Origin: Myxococcota bacterium
Lineage (GTDB): Bacteria; Myxococcota_A; SURF-8
Length of the DNA: 64,000 nt
Direction: 5' to 3'
Assembly (NCBI GenBank): GCA_963674735.2
Contig: CAXXQS010000001.1
Coordinates: 1,280,001-1,344,000, forward strand
The notes under the pieces were generated by a model that saw nothing but the letters and a program-made list of their open reading frames with translations, was not told where the DNA came from and searched no databases. Made by a program: the position numbers and the translations under genes. Position 1 is the first letter of the stretch, and each line of letters opens with the position of its first letter. Of this stretch, positions 45,894 through 56,009 are shown in pieces.

Positions 45894-47444
45894 CTAGAAT
45901 TCGTAGTGGAACGAAACGCTGGTCACGAACATCCATCCATACTGGCTGTATGACGGAAACCCCGGATTGTTGGTCTGTAAACCATATCCGGCTGAAATCG
46001 GGGCTTCTTCAACAATGGTTACCAGATGATCCGGGAATTCGTCGCGAATCTGGTTTGGATCCTTGTTGACCGTCCGTTTCAGCATTTGCCAGAATTGGAG
46101 CCCGATCTGAGCGTAGAACTGCCAGTCTTCGCCGAAACCGAAGTCGAAACGGTTGCCCATGCTGAGACCCCAGGTATCGCTATCGGCGTAGTTGGTACGG
46201 CCCTTTTGAGTGGGGACCGGCGAGGGGTTCCAGGCGAACCCGAGTTTTCCTTCAGACCAGCTTACGTAACGGTAACTGGTGTTCATATTGACACTGAGGG
46301 TGTCGAACCACTTGTAGTCGTTGCCATTGATGGCGGGAGACGAAGAATTGGCGCGTTGGAAAACCGCGGCTTCTTCCGGATGTTCATAATGAATGTCGCG
46401 GTACTTCGACCAGCGATTCCAGGTCAGACCGGCTTGGATTTTCCAGTCGGGCAGCGGCATAAAGCCAAGCCCCGAGGACACTTCCATCGGCTCGTAATCG
46501 AGGGCCATATCCCACTCGGCTTTGACACGCATGGGGACGGTCTGAGGGCCGACATCGGAGACGCTCTCGTGGAAGTTCCACAGATTGACGCCGCCGCTGG
46601 CATCGGTTTTGATGTAGGATTCGTTGCGCCAGGTCATGCCGATCGTAAACCAATCGAGGGGCTGCGCATGAATACCCACGATGGGACGAAACTTCGGTAC
46701 GGCGGTGGTTTTTCCTGCCACCAGCATGTAGTCCTGCACGGTGGCTTCCGGGATGTAGACGTTGAGATCGGCCACCAACGCGGCGCTGACCTGCAGGCTG
46801 ACACCCAGGCTGATGTACTTGATCGGCGAATACGAAACACCAAACATACCGGTAATAATGGGCGACCATTCACCGAAACGCGCGAAGTGCATCTGGTTGG
46901 AGAAATACTGTTCGCGTTCGTCCGAGTAATAAAGCGCGGCATCCAGGGCGTTGATCACCGGGATCGTGGCCATACCGCCCACTCGGAATCCCTCAAGCCC
47001 GAAATCATACGTGAAACCGGCACCCAGGTAGGTTTCCACGTTCGTGACCCGGGTGTTGCTGCGCTTGTTGGTCAACTCGATGGTCGGCAGGGCGCGGTCG
47101 GGATTATCGGAGGCTGAAAGGCCGCCGACGCTGACTTCGTATATCTGCATCGGGACATCCGCATTGGCCGGTCTTGTTCCGACATTGACTTTGAAGCTCG
47201 GTTTGTAAAGGGTGAAATCCACACCGGAGTGTGGGGCAAACCGCGACATCAACGCAGGGTTCGAGTATAAAACGCCGTAGCTTTCTCCCCAGGAGTAGTC
47301 GGCATTGGCTCCCGCAACGGCCGAACTGTCGTAGCCGATCCACTTGAAAGCGGATGCGTGAGCCGTGATGGGCATGAGCAGGAGGGCCAGAATGGCCAGC
47401 CGCCCGCCCCAACGACGGATTTCGGGTAAGTGATGATGCGTCAT
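45894..47444 (-). CDS. FadL/OmpP1-like outer-membrane transporter for hydrophobic compounds
   Basis: Signal peptide (AHA), N-terminal hatch with NPA motif (YSNPALMSRF), beta-strands, WSKY, terminal Phe. Confidence 0.72.
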   Translation of the reverse strand: MTHHHLPEIRRWGGRLAILALLLMPITAHASAFKWIGYDSSAVAGANADYSWGESYGVLYSNPALMSRFAPHSGVDFTLYKPSFKVNVGTRPANADVPMQIYEVSVGGLSASDNPDRALPTIELTNKRSNTRVTNVETYLGAGFTYDFGLEGFRVGGMATIPVINALDAALYYSDEREQYFSNQMHFARFGEWSPIITGMFGVSYSPIKYISLGVSLQVSAALVADLNVYIPEATVQDYMLVAGKTTAVPKFRPIVGIHAQPLDWFTIGMTWRNESYIKTDASGGVNLWNFHESVSDVGPQTVPMRVKAEWDMALDYEPMEVSSGLGFMPLPDWKIQAGLTWNRWSKYRDIHYEHPEEAAVFQRANSSSPAINGNDYKWFDTLSVNMNTSYRYVSWSEGKLGFAWNPSPVPTQKGRTNYADSDTWGLSMGNRFDFGFGEDWQFYAQIGLQFWQMLKRTVNKDPNQIRDEFPDHLVTIVEEAPISAGYGLQTNNPGFPSYSQYGWMFVTSVSFHYEF

Positions 47445-47814
47445 GGATCTCCCTTGTATACGAAATAGACAGGTACCCTAAAACACACATTCGATAACCC
47501 GGCTGCCTCTTTCCGAGATACTCAGAAGCGGCGGTCCAGTTTTTTTCTTCGTTTGGTAACTACGGTAGCCGTGGCTTAACGTGTTGACTCGATAAACCTA
47601 ATCGAAAGACGAATGCTTTTGCAAGAAAAAGGTGAAAATTCTGTAATTATTTTGTAAAAGGACTGAGTGAGCAGTCGCTCAGGGAACGGGCGGAAATGCT
47701 CAAATATCATGGGTAAAAGGCGCTGGACAGACAATTTTAAGCTTTGTCGTGCAAGCAATTTCGGTTATGTTGAAATGTCACTCGTCTTCAGACTCACAAC
47801 GTAAAGGATATGCG

Positions 47815-49248
47815 ATGCCGTCGATCAATCCCATTCCTGATTTCAAGGCTCCCATCGATCGCGATGAAGCTCTTCGAATCGTAAAAAGCTTCGAGCGACA
47901 TATCAACCGCGGGCAGGTGCGTTACCTCAAGGCCGGTCATCTGGATGTGCTGGAAACCGAGCGCATAGGGGTGACCTTCGTCGACCCGATTTCGAAGCGT
48001 CGTATGATCGACTGCTTTTCGTCGGCGGGCAGCTTCAATGTTTCGCGGCACAATCCGCAGATTATGCAGGTCCTGGTGGACGCCTTGGACGAATGGGATA
48101 TGGGAAGCGCCGCGTGTCTGTCCGAAGCCAAACTGGCGTTTGCAAGAAAACTGGTGGATCACGCCCCCGGCGACCTCAACCGCATCCGTTTTGCGGCGGG
48201 GGGCGGAGATGCCGTGGATGGGGCGATCAAGCTGGCCAAAGGCGCAACCAAGCGCACGGAAGTGGTAAGCACGGTCATGGCCTATCATGGTCATACGGGC
48301 TTTGCCCTGTCGGCCAACGGCAAAGAACATTACCGCCACTATTGCGAGCCGCTGATGCCGGGCTTTCGCTTCGTTCCTTTCAACGATCTGGAAGCCATGC
48401 GCCATGCGATTTCCGACCGCACCGCGGCCGTGATCGTCGAACCGGTACAGGGCGAGGCGGGAATCTTTGTCGGAACGACCGACTACCTGCACGGACTGCG
48501 GCAGTTGTGCGACGAAATGGGGGCGCAACTCATTTTTGACGAGATCCAAACCGGTTTCGGGCGTACCGGGCGTCTGTTCGCTTGCGAACATGCGGGCGTG
48601 GTGCCCGATATCATGACCGTAGCCAAGTCGCTGGGCGGTGGACTTTACCCCAACGCGGCGATTTTATATCGCGAGACCGATACCTTGGTCCGTTTTGTGG
48701 ACACCTATCCCGACTTCCACCCGTCTGCGGTGGGCGGGTCTGATCTGGGCTGCAAGGTTTCGCTTGCGGTGCTGGAATACCTGATAGAAAACCGCATGTG
48801 GGAAAACGCCGCGCGTCAGGGCGAGCGTTTGAAAGCGGCGCTGAATAACATTCGGCGGCGTAATCCCAAGATCGTTAAGGACGTGCGCGGTATCGGGCTG
48901 ATGATCGGGATCGATTACCTGCATGAATTCATGGGCCCGATGATGGCGGATGCGCTGGCCCGGCACGGTGTTTTCGCCGCCTATTCGGGCAATGCGCCGC
49001 AGGTCATGCGCTTCATGGCACCCATCACCATCGATGACGCCGAAATGGACCGTCTGATCGACGCCATCGAGGCGGCCGTGGCCGACATGAAAAAGCTGCT
49101 GCCGCTGGCGCTTCCGGCTGCGCGGGTTCCGGTGGTGCTGAAGATGCTCAATAGCGAGAAGGTGCAGACGTCTCTATTCGGCCTGTTGCGCAAGGTGGAA
49201 GACGGGGCCAAGCGAATCGGACTGGGAACGGGAAGGGGGGCGAAATGA
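47815..49248 (+). CDS. Class III PLP aminotransferase, subunit A (catalytic Lys present)
   Basis: [39 protein letters not shown] (Lys codon 48625-48627), VRGIGLMIG. Confidence 0.92.
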   Translation: MPSINPIPDFKAPIDRDEALRIVKSFERHINRGQVRYLKAGHLDVLETERIGVTFVDPISKRRMIDCFSSAGSFNVSRHNPQIMQVLVDALDEWDMGSAACLSEAKLAFARKLVDHAPGDLNRIRFAAGGGDAVDGAIKLAKGATKRTEVVSTVMAYHGHTGFALSANGKEHYRHYCEPLMPGFRFVPFNDLEAMRHAISDRTAAVIVEPVQGEAGIFVGTTDYLHGLRQLCDEMGAQLIFDEIQTGFGRTGRLFACEHAGVVPDIMTVAKSLGGGLYPNAAILYRETDTLVRFVDTYPDFHPSAVGGSDLGCKVSLAVLEYLIENRMWENAARQGERLKAALNNIRRRNPKIVKDVRGIGLMIGIDYLHEFMGPMMADALARHGVFAAYSGNAPQVMRFMAPITIDDAEMDRLIDAIEAAVADMKKLLPLALPAARVPVVLKMLNSEKVQTSLFGLLRKVEDGAKRIGLGTGRGAK

Positions 49249-50489
49249 GCCGACAAGCGATGACCCTGGAACAGATGAAAACCGAAGCGGCGGCGCTGTT
49301 CGGAACGGCGGCGGTCGGCCAGTTGGAAGCGCGCGGGCGCGACTTTCTGGAAGGGCGGCGCGCCGGATGCGAAATGTGGTCGGCGGAGGAAAAACGCTAT
49401 CTCGATGCGGATACCAACGGCGGTATCTTCAATCTGGGCCGCCGACACCCCGAGTTGGCCGAGGCTTTCAAGGGCGCGGTGGCGCAAACGGATCAGGGTA
49501 ATTTTCCGATGATTTCGCGGGAAAAAGCCGCTTTGGCCGAGGCGTTGAGCCGCTTTGTCCCGGGGTCGCTCGATTGCGCCATGTTCAGCGTCGTGCGCGG
49601 CGAAACGGTCGAAGGAGCCTGTAAAATCGCACGCGGTGTGACGGGGCGTAGCGAATTGATCGCCTTCGATGGTTCCTGGCATGGGGAAACCGGTTTCGCC
49701 ATGACCCTGTCGGACCGGAACGACAAGCGCTTGTACGGCGAAATGATCCCCGATGTGTTTCATCTGCCATTCGACGACTTGGATGCCGCCAAGCAGGCTA
49801 TCGGCAAACACACGGCGGCCGTTATTCTCGAACCGCTGCAAGCCGAAAACCATGCGCGGGCGGTCAGTGCGAAATTCGCGAAGGGCTTGCAACGCCTGTG
49901 TCGCAAGCATGGCGCATTGCTGATCGTCGACGAAACCCAAACCGGTCTGGGGCGTTGCGGCGCGGCATTCGCCTACATGAGTCTGGGGATCGAGCCCGAC
50001 ATGCTGATTACCGGTGAAGCTTTAGGGGGAGGATTGTTCCCCATCGCCGCGACCTTGCTGACTCAAAAAGTCAACGCCTACCTGAACGCTCATCCGCTGA
50101 TTCATCTGTCCACCTTCGGCGGCTCCGACCTGGGCTGCCGGGTGGCGTTGAAAACGTTGGAGATCATGGAACGCGAACGGATATGGGAAAAAGCGGCTCG
50201 CCAGGGATCGCGTTTCAAGCTCGGACTGGGCCATATCGCCGCCGATTATCCCGAGCTGTTCGTTTCGGTGGCGGGGGAGGGCCTGCTGCTCTCGCTTAAA
50301 TGCCGTGACGACGACACCGCCGCCGCATTTGTAAAGGCCTTGTCAACACGCGGTCTGTTGACGTCGCAGGGACGGGGAGACCGCTCTTCGGTCTTGTTCC
50401 GTCCTCCGCTCACCCTCGACGATGCAACGGCCGATGAGATGCTGAAAATCGCCGTTCTTGCCGGAGACGATCTGTCCAACGAGAAATGA
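49245..50489 (+). CDS. Class III aminotransferase paralogue, subunit B (PLP Lys replaced by Glu)
   Basis: ILEPLQAE, VDETQTGLGRCG, PDMLITGEALGGG (GAA at 50016-50018), HLSTFGG; ATGA overlap with subunit A. Confidence 0.88.
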   Translation: MSRQAMTLEQMKTEAAALFGTAAVGQLEARGRDFLEGRRAGCEMWSAEEKRYLDADTNGGIFNLGRRHPELAEAFKGAVAQTDQGNFPMISREKAALAEALSRFVPGSLDCAMFSVVRGETVEGACKIARGVTGRSELIAFDGSWHGETGFAMTLSDRNDKRLYGEMIPDVFHLPFDDLDAAKQAIGKHTAAVILEPLQAENHARAVSAKFAKGLQRLCRKHGALLIVDETQTGLGRCGAAFAYMSLGIEPDMLITGEALGGGLFPIAATLLTQKVNAYLNAHPLIHLSTFGGSDLGCRVALKTLEIMERERIWEKAARQGSRFKLGLGHIAADYPELFVSVAGEGLLLSLKCRDDDTAAAFVKALSTRGLLTSQGRGDRSSVLFRPPLTLDDATADEMLKIAVLAGDDLSNEK

Positions 50490-50496
50490 GGCTGTC

Positions 50497-51699
50497 ATGA
50501 AGGCGCTATATTTCGAAAACAAACTTCTACCCGCTCTGGCGGTGAAGGTGGCCTCGCAAGTGGACCGCTTCGCCGCGTTGAAGGGTTTCTCTCCGCTCAA
50601 ATATGCCGAGGTGCCCGAGCCGTCCTTGCCGAATGCGCGCTGGCTGAAAGTGCGCAATCTGGCTTGTGGGCTGTGCGGGACCGACCTGCATTTCATGTTC
50701 ATGGACTTCGATCCGACCTGCTTTCCGGCCGCCATTCCAGGGATTTCCCGCAAGTTTCTCGGTCACGAACTGGTGGGCGAGGTGACGGCCGTCGGGGCCG
50801 AAGTTGAAAATCTGAAAGTAGGTGATCGTGTCGCCATGCGCATCGACTGGCCGAGTTGCAACCAGCTGGAAATCGATCCGCTATGCCCGCAATGCCAACG
50901 CGGCTACTACATGTTGTGCGAAAATCAGGGGACGGTGGACCTGCCGTTGCGGGATGTGGGCGGTGGCTTCTCGCCATACATGGTGATGCATCGCAGCCAG
51001 CCTTACAAAATCCCCGACGAACTCGATAACGACCACGCGCTGCTGCTGGAACCGCTGGCCAGCGCGGTGCACGGCGTTCTGAAAGCCTCGCCCGAACCCG
51101 GCAGCAAGATTCTGGTGATCGGTGCGGGAACCATGGGGTTGATGACGGTCGCCGCCTTGCGCGGGCTCTTTCCCGAGACCGACGTCTATTGTCTGGCGCG
51201 CTATCCCTTGCAGGCGGAAGCGGCGGCGCGCATCGGCGCAACGGTCCTCTCCGGTTCGGGGCCGCTTTACCGCAACCTGGCGGAAGTCACCCAGGCCCGG
51301 CACGTAAAGGGCTACCTGGGAAACGAGATTCTGCTCGGTGGTTTCGACGTGGTCTACGACACCGTGGGCGGCGACGCCACCTTGAGTCAGGCGCTGCGGG
51401 TCGTCAAGGGCGGCGGACGTGTGGTGCTCATCGGCATCAATTTCAAGCCCGGCAAGATCGACTACACGCCGGTCTGGGCGCAGGAAGTGGAGTTGACCGG
51501 CATCAACTGTCACGGAACGGAAGCGGATGGACGTACCAGCTTCGAGGTGGCGGCGGAATTGCTCAAACGCGGCGTGCTGGAACCGGAGTGGATCATCACC
51601 CACCGTTTCCCCGTCGCCGACTACAAAGACGCCGTCAAAACCTTCCTCACCAAAGGAAAAAACCAGGCCATCAAGATCGTTTTGGAACACGGGAAGTGA
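50497..51699 (+). CDS. Zinc-binding medium-chain alcohol dehydrogenase (MDR)
   Basis: CGLCGTDLH, LGHE, structural-Zn Cys cluster C..C..C...C, GAGTMG Rossmann motif, ITHRFP. Confidence 0.9.
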   Translation: MKALYFENKLLPALAVKVASQVDRFAALKGFSPLKYAEVPEPSLPNARWLKVRNLACGLCGTDLHFMFMDFDPTCFPAAIPGISRKFLGHELVGEVTAVGAEVENLKVGDRVAMRIDWPSCNQLEIDPLCPQCQRGYYMLCENQGTVDLPLRDVGGGFSPYMVMHRSQPYKIPDELDNDHALLLEPLASAVHGVLKASPEPGSKILVIGAGTMGLMTVAALRGLFPETDVYCLARYPLQAEAAARIGATVLSGSGPLYRNLAEVTQARHVKGYLGNEILLGGFDVVYDTVGGDATLSQALRVVKGGGRVVLIGINFKPGKIDYTPVWAQEVELTGINCHGTEADGRTSFEVAAELLKRGVLEPEWIITHRFPVADYKDAVKTFLTKGKNQAIKIVLEHGK

Positions 51700-51707
51700 G
51701 GAAGGGG

Positions 51708-52136
51708 CTACCGCCGCTTCCCCATGTAATTCATATACAGCGTTTCGCCGGGGAACAGCAGAAGCAGCATCACGAGCGACGGAAACAGGAAGGCCAGAAA
51801 CAACGGCCAGCTTCCGCTCAGGATAAACAGCACCAGCCCGTAAATCGCCACCGATTCCGATAGCGCCCAGCGCATGATGCAAAACACCTCAAAGGGCAGG
51901 GCGCGGGCGAGGAGGGTCGAAAGCAGGGATTGGCCGACGATGGCCGCCGTTGAAATAGCGCCGAAGGCGAGGGTGAGTGTTTGGATGAAGTCCGGGTCGG
52001 GGTCGGTTTTAACGATCCCGATTTGGGGGAAATAGGCTATGCCTCCATAGATGAATGTCGAAAAGGTGATGGCCGCCCAAATGATCCACAGCTTGCGGCG
52101 GCGCTCGGGTGTCAGTTCCTGTTCGTCCATCGGCAT
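51708..52136 (-). CDS. Small membrane protein with ~4 TM helices (142 aa)
   Basis: Only the 3' part of ORF 51708-53501 looks coding: MPMDEQELTPERRRKLWIIW...RWALSESVAIYGLVL. Confidence 0.7.
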   Translation of the reverse strand: MPMDEQELTPERRRKLWIIWAAITFSTFIYGGIAYFPQIGIVKTDPDPDFIQTLTLAFGAISTAAIVGQSLLSTLLARALPFEVFCIMRWALSESVAIYGLVLFILSGSWPLFLAFLFPSLVMLLLLFPGETLYMNYMGKRR

Positions 52137-52349
52137 GGCAACCCCTTGAAAGTCCAGTGTGTTCAAGCCCGGCAAGCATACGTCACCCGCTCCGCAGAAA
52201 CAAGCGCCGGAGAAGAAAAAATGTTCCGAAATCGGTGATTTGATCGACGAAACCCTTGAACATCCGGTAAAAATCGCGTAGGTTTTGATTAAATATGATC
52301 CTATGGGTCTGAAATCTGAAAATGTGGAAATTTTGACGAAGGATTGTCC

Positions 52350-55300
52350 ATGAATTCGATACGCTGGATGGCTTGGATGCTGATCTTGATTGTCGCCTTC
52401 GGGCTTGGAGCCTGCATGGAAGACGATGTCGACTTCAGCGATGGAGACGACCCGGAAGACGGCGATGATGTCGATGGCGACGCTGCGGACGGCGATTTCG
52501 ACTGGTCGCTGCCCGGCGACGGAGACGGCACGGACGGCGATCTTCCCGACGGCGACAAGCCGGACGGCGATGTCCCGTTGGCGTGTCCCGGTACGACGAT
52601 CGAGCCGGACAATCCCGTTGAAGACAGCACCGTCGATAGTCGCAACAACTGGAGCGATTACAGCTGTCTTTCCGCCGAGGAAAACGGTCCTGAAAAACTT
52701 TACCGTTTCGTCGCTCCCGCCTGCGAAGGCACTCTCAACGCGACTGTCGATCTCTCCGAGATGTCGGCCGATCTCGATCTGTTGCTGCTCGATAGCTGCA
52801 ACCCGGCCGACTGCACGCGTTTTTCCAACACCTACGTGGATGAACGCATCGCCTTCAGCGCGACCCCGGGCGAGGATTATTACATCGTGGTCGATGGCTT
52901 CGACGGCGCGGCCGGCTCGTTCACGCTGGAGCTGACCTTCGATTGTCAACAGGGAACCGACGGCGATTCGGATGGAGACAGCGACGGCGATCAGACCGAC
53001 GGGGATAGTGGGGTGAGCCCCGGTGCGAATTGCGCCGATCCCTTGCCGCTGACCCTGAGCAACGGCGATATCGCTGGAAACACCAGTGGGGGCGGCAACG
53101 ACTTCGAGGGTAGTTGCCAGAGCAATAACGGCAGCGACCGGGTTTATGTGTTTACCGTTGCCGAAACGATCAAAATAACCTTTGAAGCCTCCGGCTTCGA
53201 TACCGTCATGTATCTGCGATCCGATTGCGACGATACCGCTTCGCAAATTGCCTGCGATGATGATGGCGGTGCGTCGCACAATGCGCGTATCAGCGAAGAC
53301 CTCGATCCCGGAACCTATTACCTGATCGTGGACGGTTTCGGCGAGAACGAGGGAGCTTTCACTTTGAATACGAAGTTGGATTGCCCGGCGGGAGAAGTGT
53401 ACGATCCCGGTAGCCAGGACTGCGTGGACGATCCCTGCGAGCCCAATCCCTGCTCGGCGGCCAATCAGTCCGTTTGCGTCTACCAGCCGCCCAGCGGCCA
53501 CACCTGCGATTGCGATAGCGGCTATGTGCCGGACGGCGCGGGTGGCTGCATGGTCGATCCCAATCCCAGCGGCGAAACCTGTAGCTCTCCCTTTGTGCTG
53601 ACGCCTTCAAGCGGCAGTGAGAGCGGCAGCACCGTTGGAGCCGGAAATTACTACGCCGGTAGTTGTGTGGGCGACGGTCCCGAGCACGTGTATTCGGTCA
53701 CGTTGACCGAAACCGTCATGGCCAGCATTTATATGGACGGCTACGATACGGGGCTGTACATTCGGCGCGACTGCGACAACAACAACACCGAGGTGAAGTG
53801 CAACGACGATGGCGGCGACGGCTCCGATGCCTACATCGCCTTGGTCCTGGATCCCGGAGATTACTCCATTTTCGCCGACAGCTATGGAGACGGCGGCAAT
53901 TACACCTTGATCTACTCCTTCAATCCCGATCCCTGTGCGAGCGATCCTTGTCCGGCGGAAGCCGATTGCGTTCCCGATGCCGACTGGAGCGAATATACCT
54001 GCGTCTGTGCGGAGGGCTACGTGGCTTACGAGGACGCCTGTATCGACGATCCTTGCACCCCGAACCTCTGCGCTAGCGAACACCAGCACATTTGCCGCCC
54101 GGTGCTTCCGAGTGGCTACGCCTGCGACTGCGATCCGGGCTGGATTTCCGACGGCGCGGGAGGCTGTATGGTCGACCCCGATCCGAGCGGCGAAACCTGC
54201 GCCGAACCGCTTCCGCTTGATATTCTGGCCAGTGGCAGCACTTCCGACACCACCGCCGGAGCCGGATCGAATTACAACGGCGAATGCGGCGGGTCCGGTC
54301 CCGAACGGGTGTACGGCTTCGTCCTGGACGAGCCGATGTATAGCGTCTTCGAAATGAGCGGTTTCGATACGGTTCTGCATCTGCGTAGTGAATGTGACAA
54401 TGCCGACAGCCAGTTGGCCTGTGACGACGACGGCGGACCGAGTTCCGGCTCGCATCTGGCGCGCGTTCTCGAGGCCGGACCGTATTATCTTTTTGCCGAC
54501 AGCTACGGTTCCACCGGCGGCACCTACAATCTGACCTACCAGTTCAACCCCGATCCCTGCGCGGACGATCCGTGTCCGGGGTTGCCCGAGTGTGTGGCCG
54601 CGGCCGATTGGTCGAGCTACGAATGCGTCTGTCCTGCGGGCATGGTTCCGTGGGAGGAAAGCTGTGTGGACGATCCCTGCGAGCCGAATCTGTGCACGGA
54701 TCCATACATGAACCGCTGCGTCATGGATGGCGTGGATCAATACCATTGCGAATGCAATCTCGGCTACATTTCAGATGGGGCAGGCGGCTGTATCGTCGAT
54801 CCCGACGCCAACGATTGGGCTTTCTTCGTGTTCCTCAACGCCGACAACAATCTGGAGGACGATGGGTGGAGCGATGTGGCCGAAATGGTGACGGGCGGCG
54901 GATCGAATCCCTATGTTCACATCGTGGTGATGCTCGATACCTATAGCGGTCCGACCAATACGCTCTACATCACCGACCAGGCCACCAACGGCAATTACGA
55001 AACGTTGGTCGAACACGGGGAACTCAACTTGAGCGACTACCAGACCATGGCCGATTTCGGCGTCTGGGCGGTCGAACATTATCCCGCGCGGCATTACGCC
55101 TTTATCGCCTGGGATCACGGGGCGGGCTGGGAAAAACGTGCGCCGCAGGACGATCCGCTCACCAAAGGCTTTTCCAACGACGACCACGGAAGCGGGGCCG
55201 GAGAAATCAGTATTTCCAACGGCGATTATGCGCGCGCCATGGCGCAGATCACGGCGGCCTTGGGCGACAAGCTCGATGTGGTCGGTTTCGATGCCTGTTT

Positions 55301-55889
55301 GATGGGGATGTGGGAAGTCGCGGCGGCCACCGCCCCCTTCGCGCATTACCTGGTGGCCTCGGGCGATACCGAGCCGGCCTGGGGCTGGTCCTACGATTTG
55401 TTCATGCCCGGTCTGGTCGGCAATCCCGATCTCACGCCGCTTGAATTGGCCACCTCGATTGTCGATACGTATCATGAGTATTCGCCAAACAATGGAACAC
55501 TGGCGGTGGTGGATCTCGATACGATCGACGACCTGAACGACGCCATGTCGGATTTCGCGGATGCGCTGATGGACAATCCGAGTGTCTACACCCAGTTGGG
55601 GACGATTCGCAATGCGACCGAAAGTTTCTACGGCTTCTACGACATCATGCATTTCGCGTTGCAGGTGGCGGCTTCCGGCAGTATGCCGCAGGTCGTTAAA
55701 GATGCGGCACAGGCGCTGGTTACGCAGCTGGAAATCAGCATTGCCTACAATCAGAGCCATTTCGCCAACTCCCATGGCTTGACGGCTTACTTCCCCAATT
55801 CTTCGTTCAATACGGCTTACCAGGACGAGGGCGCGGTGTGGAGCCACAACAGTACGTGGGATGAATTCTTGATTGATTACACAGACTGA
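52350..55889 (+). CDS. Multidomain lipoprotein: DGD linkers, four PPC-like domains, EGF-like pairs, C-terminal clostripain (peptidase C11) domain
   Basis: Lipobox LGAC; FDTVMYLRSDC...DDDGG..PGTYYLIVDG PPC-type repeats; CDCDxGY EGF-like repeats; FLNADNNLE, WDHGAGW (His), FDACLM (Cys). Confidence 0.88.
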   Translation: MNSIRWMAWMLILIVAFGLGACMEDDVDFSDGDDPEDGDDVDGDAADGDFDWSLPGDGDGTDGDLPDGDKPDGDVPLACPGTTIEPDNPVEDSTVDSRNNWSDYSCLSAEENGPEKLYRFVAPACEGTLNATVDLSEMSADLDLLLLDSCNPADCTRFSNTYVDERIAFSATPGEDYYIVVDGFDGAAGSFTLELTFDCQQGTDGDSDGDSDGDQTDGDSGVSPGANCADPLPLTLSNGDIAGNTSGGGNDFEGSCQSNNGSDRVYVFTVAETIKITFEASGFDTVMYLRSDCDDTASQIACDDDGGASHNARISEDLDPGTYYLIVDGFGENEGAFTLNTKLDCPAGEVYDPGSQDCVDDPCEPNPCSAANQSVCVYQPPSGHTCDCDSGYVPDGAGGCMVDPNPSGETCSSPFVLTPSSGSESGSTVGAGNYYAGSCVGDGPEHVYSVTLTETVMASIYMDGYDTGLYIRRDCDNNNTEVKCNDDGGDGSDAYIALVLDPGDYSIFADSYGDGGNYTLIYSFNPDPCASDPCPAEADCVPDADWSEYTCVCAEGYVAYEDACIDDPCTPNLCASEHQHICRPVLPSGYACDCDPGWISDGAGGCMVDPDPSGETCAEPLPLDILASGSTSDTTAGAGSNYNGECGGSGPERVYGFVLDEPMYSVFEMSGFDTVLHLRSECDNADSQLACDDDGGPSSGSHLARVLEAGPYYLFADSYGSTGGTYNLTYQFNPDPCADDPCPGLPECVAAADWSSYECVCPAGMVPWEESCVDDPCEPNLCTDPYMNRCVMDGVDQYHCECNLGYISDGAGGCIVDPDANDWAFFVFLNADNNLEDDGWSDVAEMVTGGGSNPYVHIVVMLDTYSGPTNTLYITDQATNGNYETLVEHGELNLSDYQTMADFGVWAVEHYPARHYAFIAWDHGAGWEKRAPQDDPLTKGFSNDDHGSGAGEISISNGDYARAMAQITAALGDKLDVVGFDACLMGMWEVAAATAPFAHYLVASGDTEPAWGWSYDLFMPGLVGNPDLTPLELATSIVDTYHEYSPNNGTLAVVDLDTIDDLNDAMSDFADALMDNPSVYTQLGTIRNATESFYGFYDIMHFALQVAASGSMPQVVKDAAQALVTQLEISIAYNQSHFANSHGLTAYFPNSSFNTAYQDEGAVWSHNSTWDEFLIDYTD

Positions 55890-55916
55890 TATATGCTCCC
55901 AGTCGAAAACTCCGAC

Positions 55917-55947
55917 ACGCCCCGGCTGTAAAAGTCGGGGCGTTTTC
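55917..55947 (+). terminator. Intrinsic terminator
   Basis: ACGCCCCGGCT-gtaaa-AGTCGGGGCGTttt. Confidence 0.75.
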
Positions 55948-56009
55948 GTTCGACGTGTTTGCATTGAAAAAGATAACCTGAAGACAATTTCGAGGCGAGA
56001 AAGGAAAGG

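Noticed and set aside
51708-53501. 597-aa minus-strand ORF as a single gene
   Set aside because: The upstream part is antisense to the clostripain lipoprotein and spans its promoter region; only 51708-52136 looks like a real protein.
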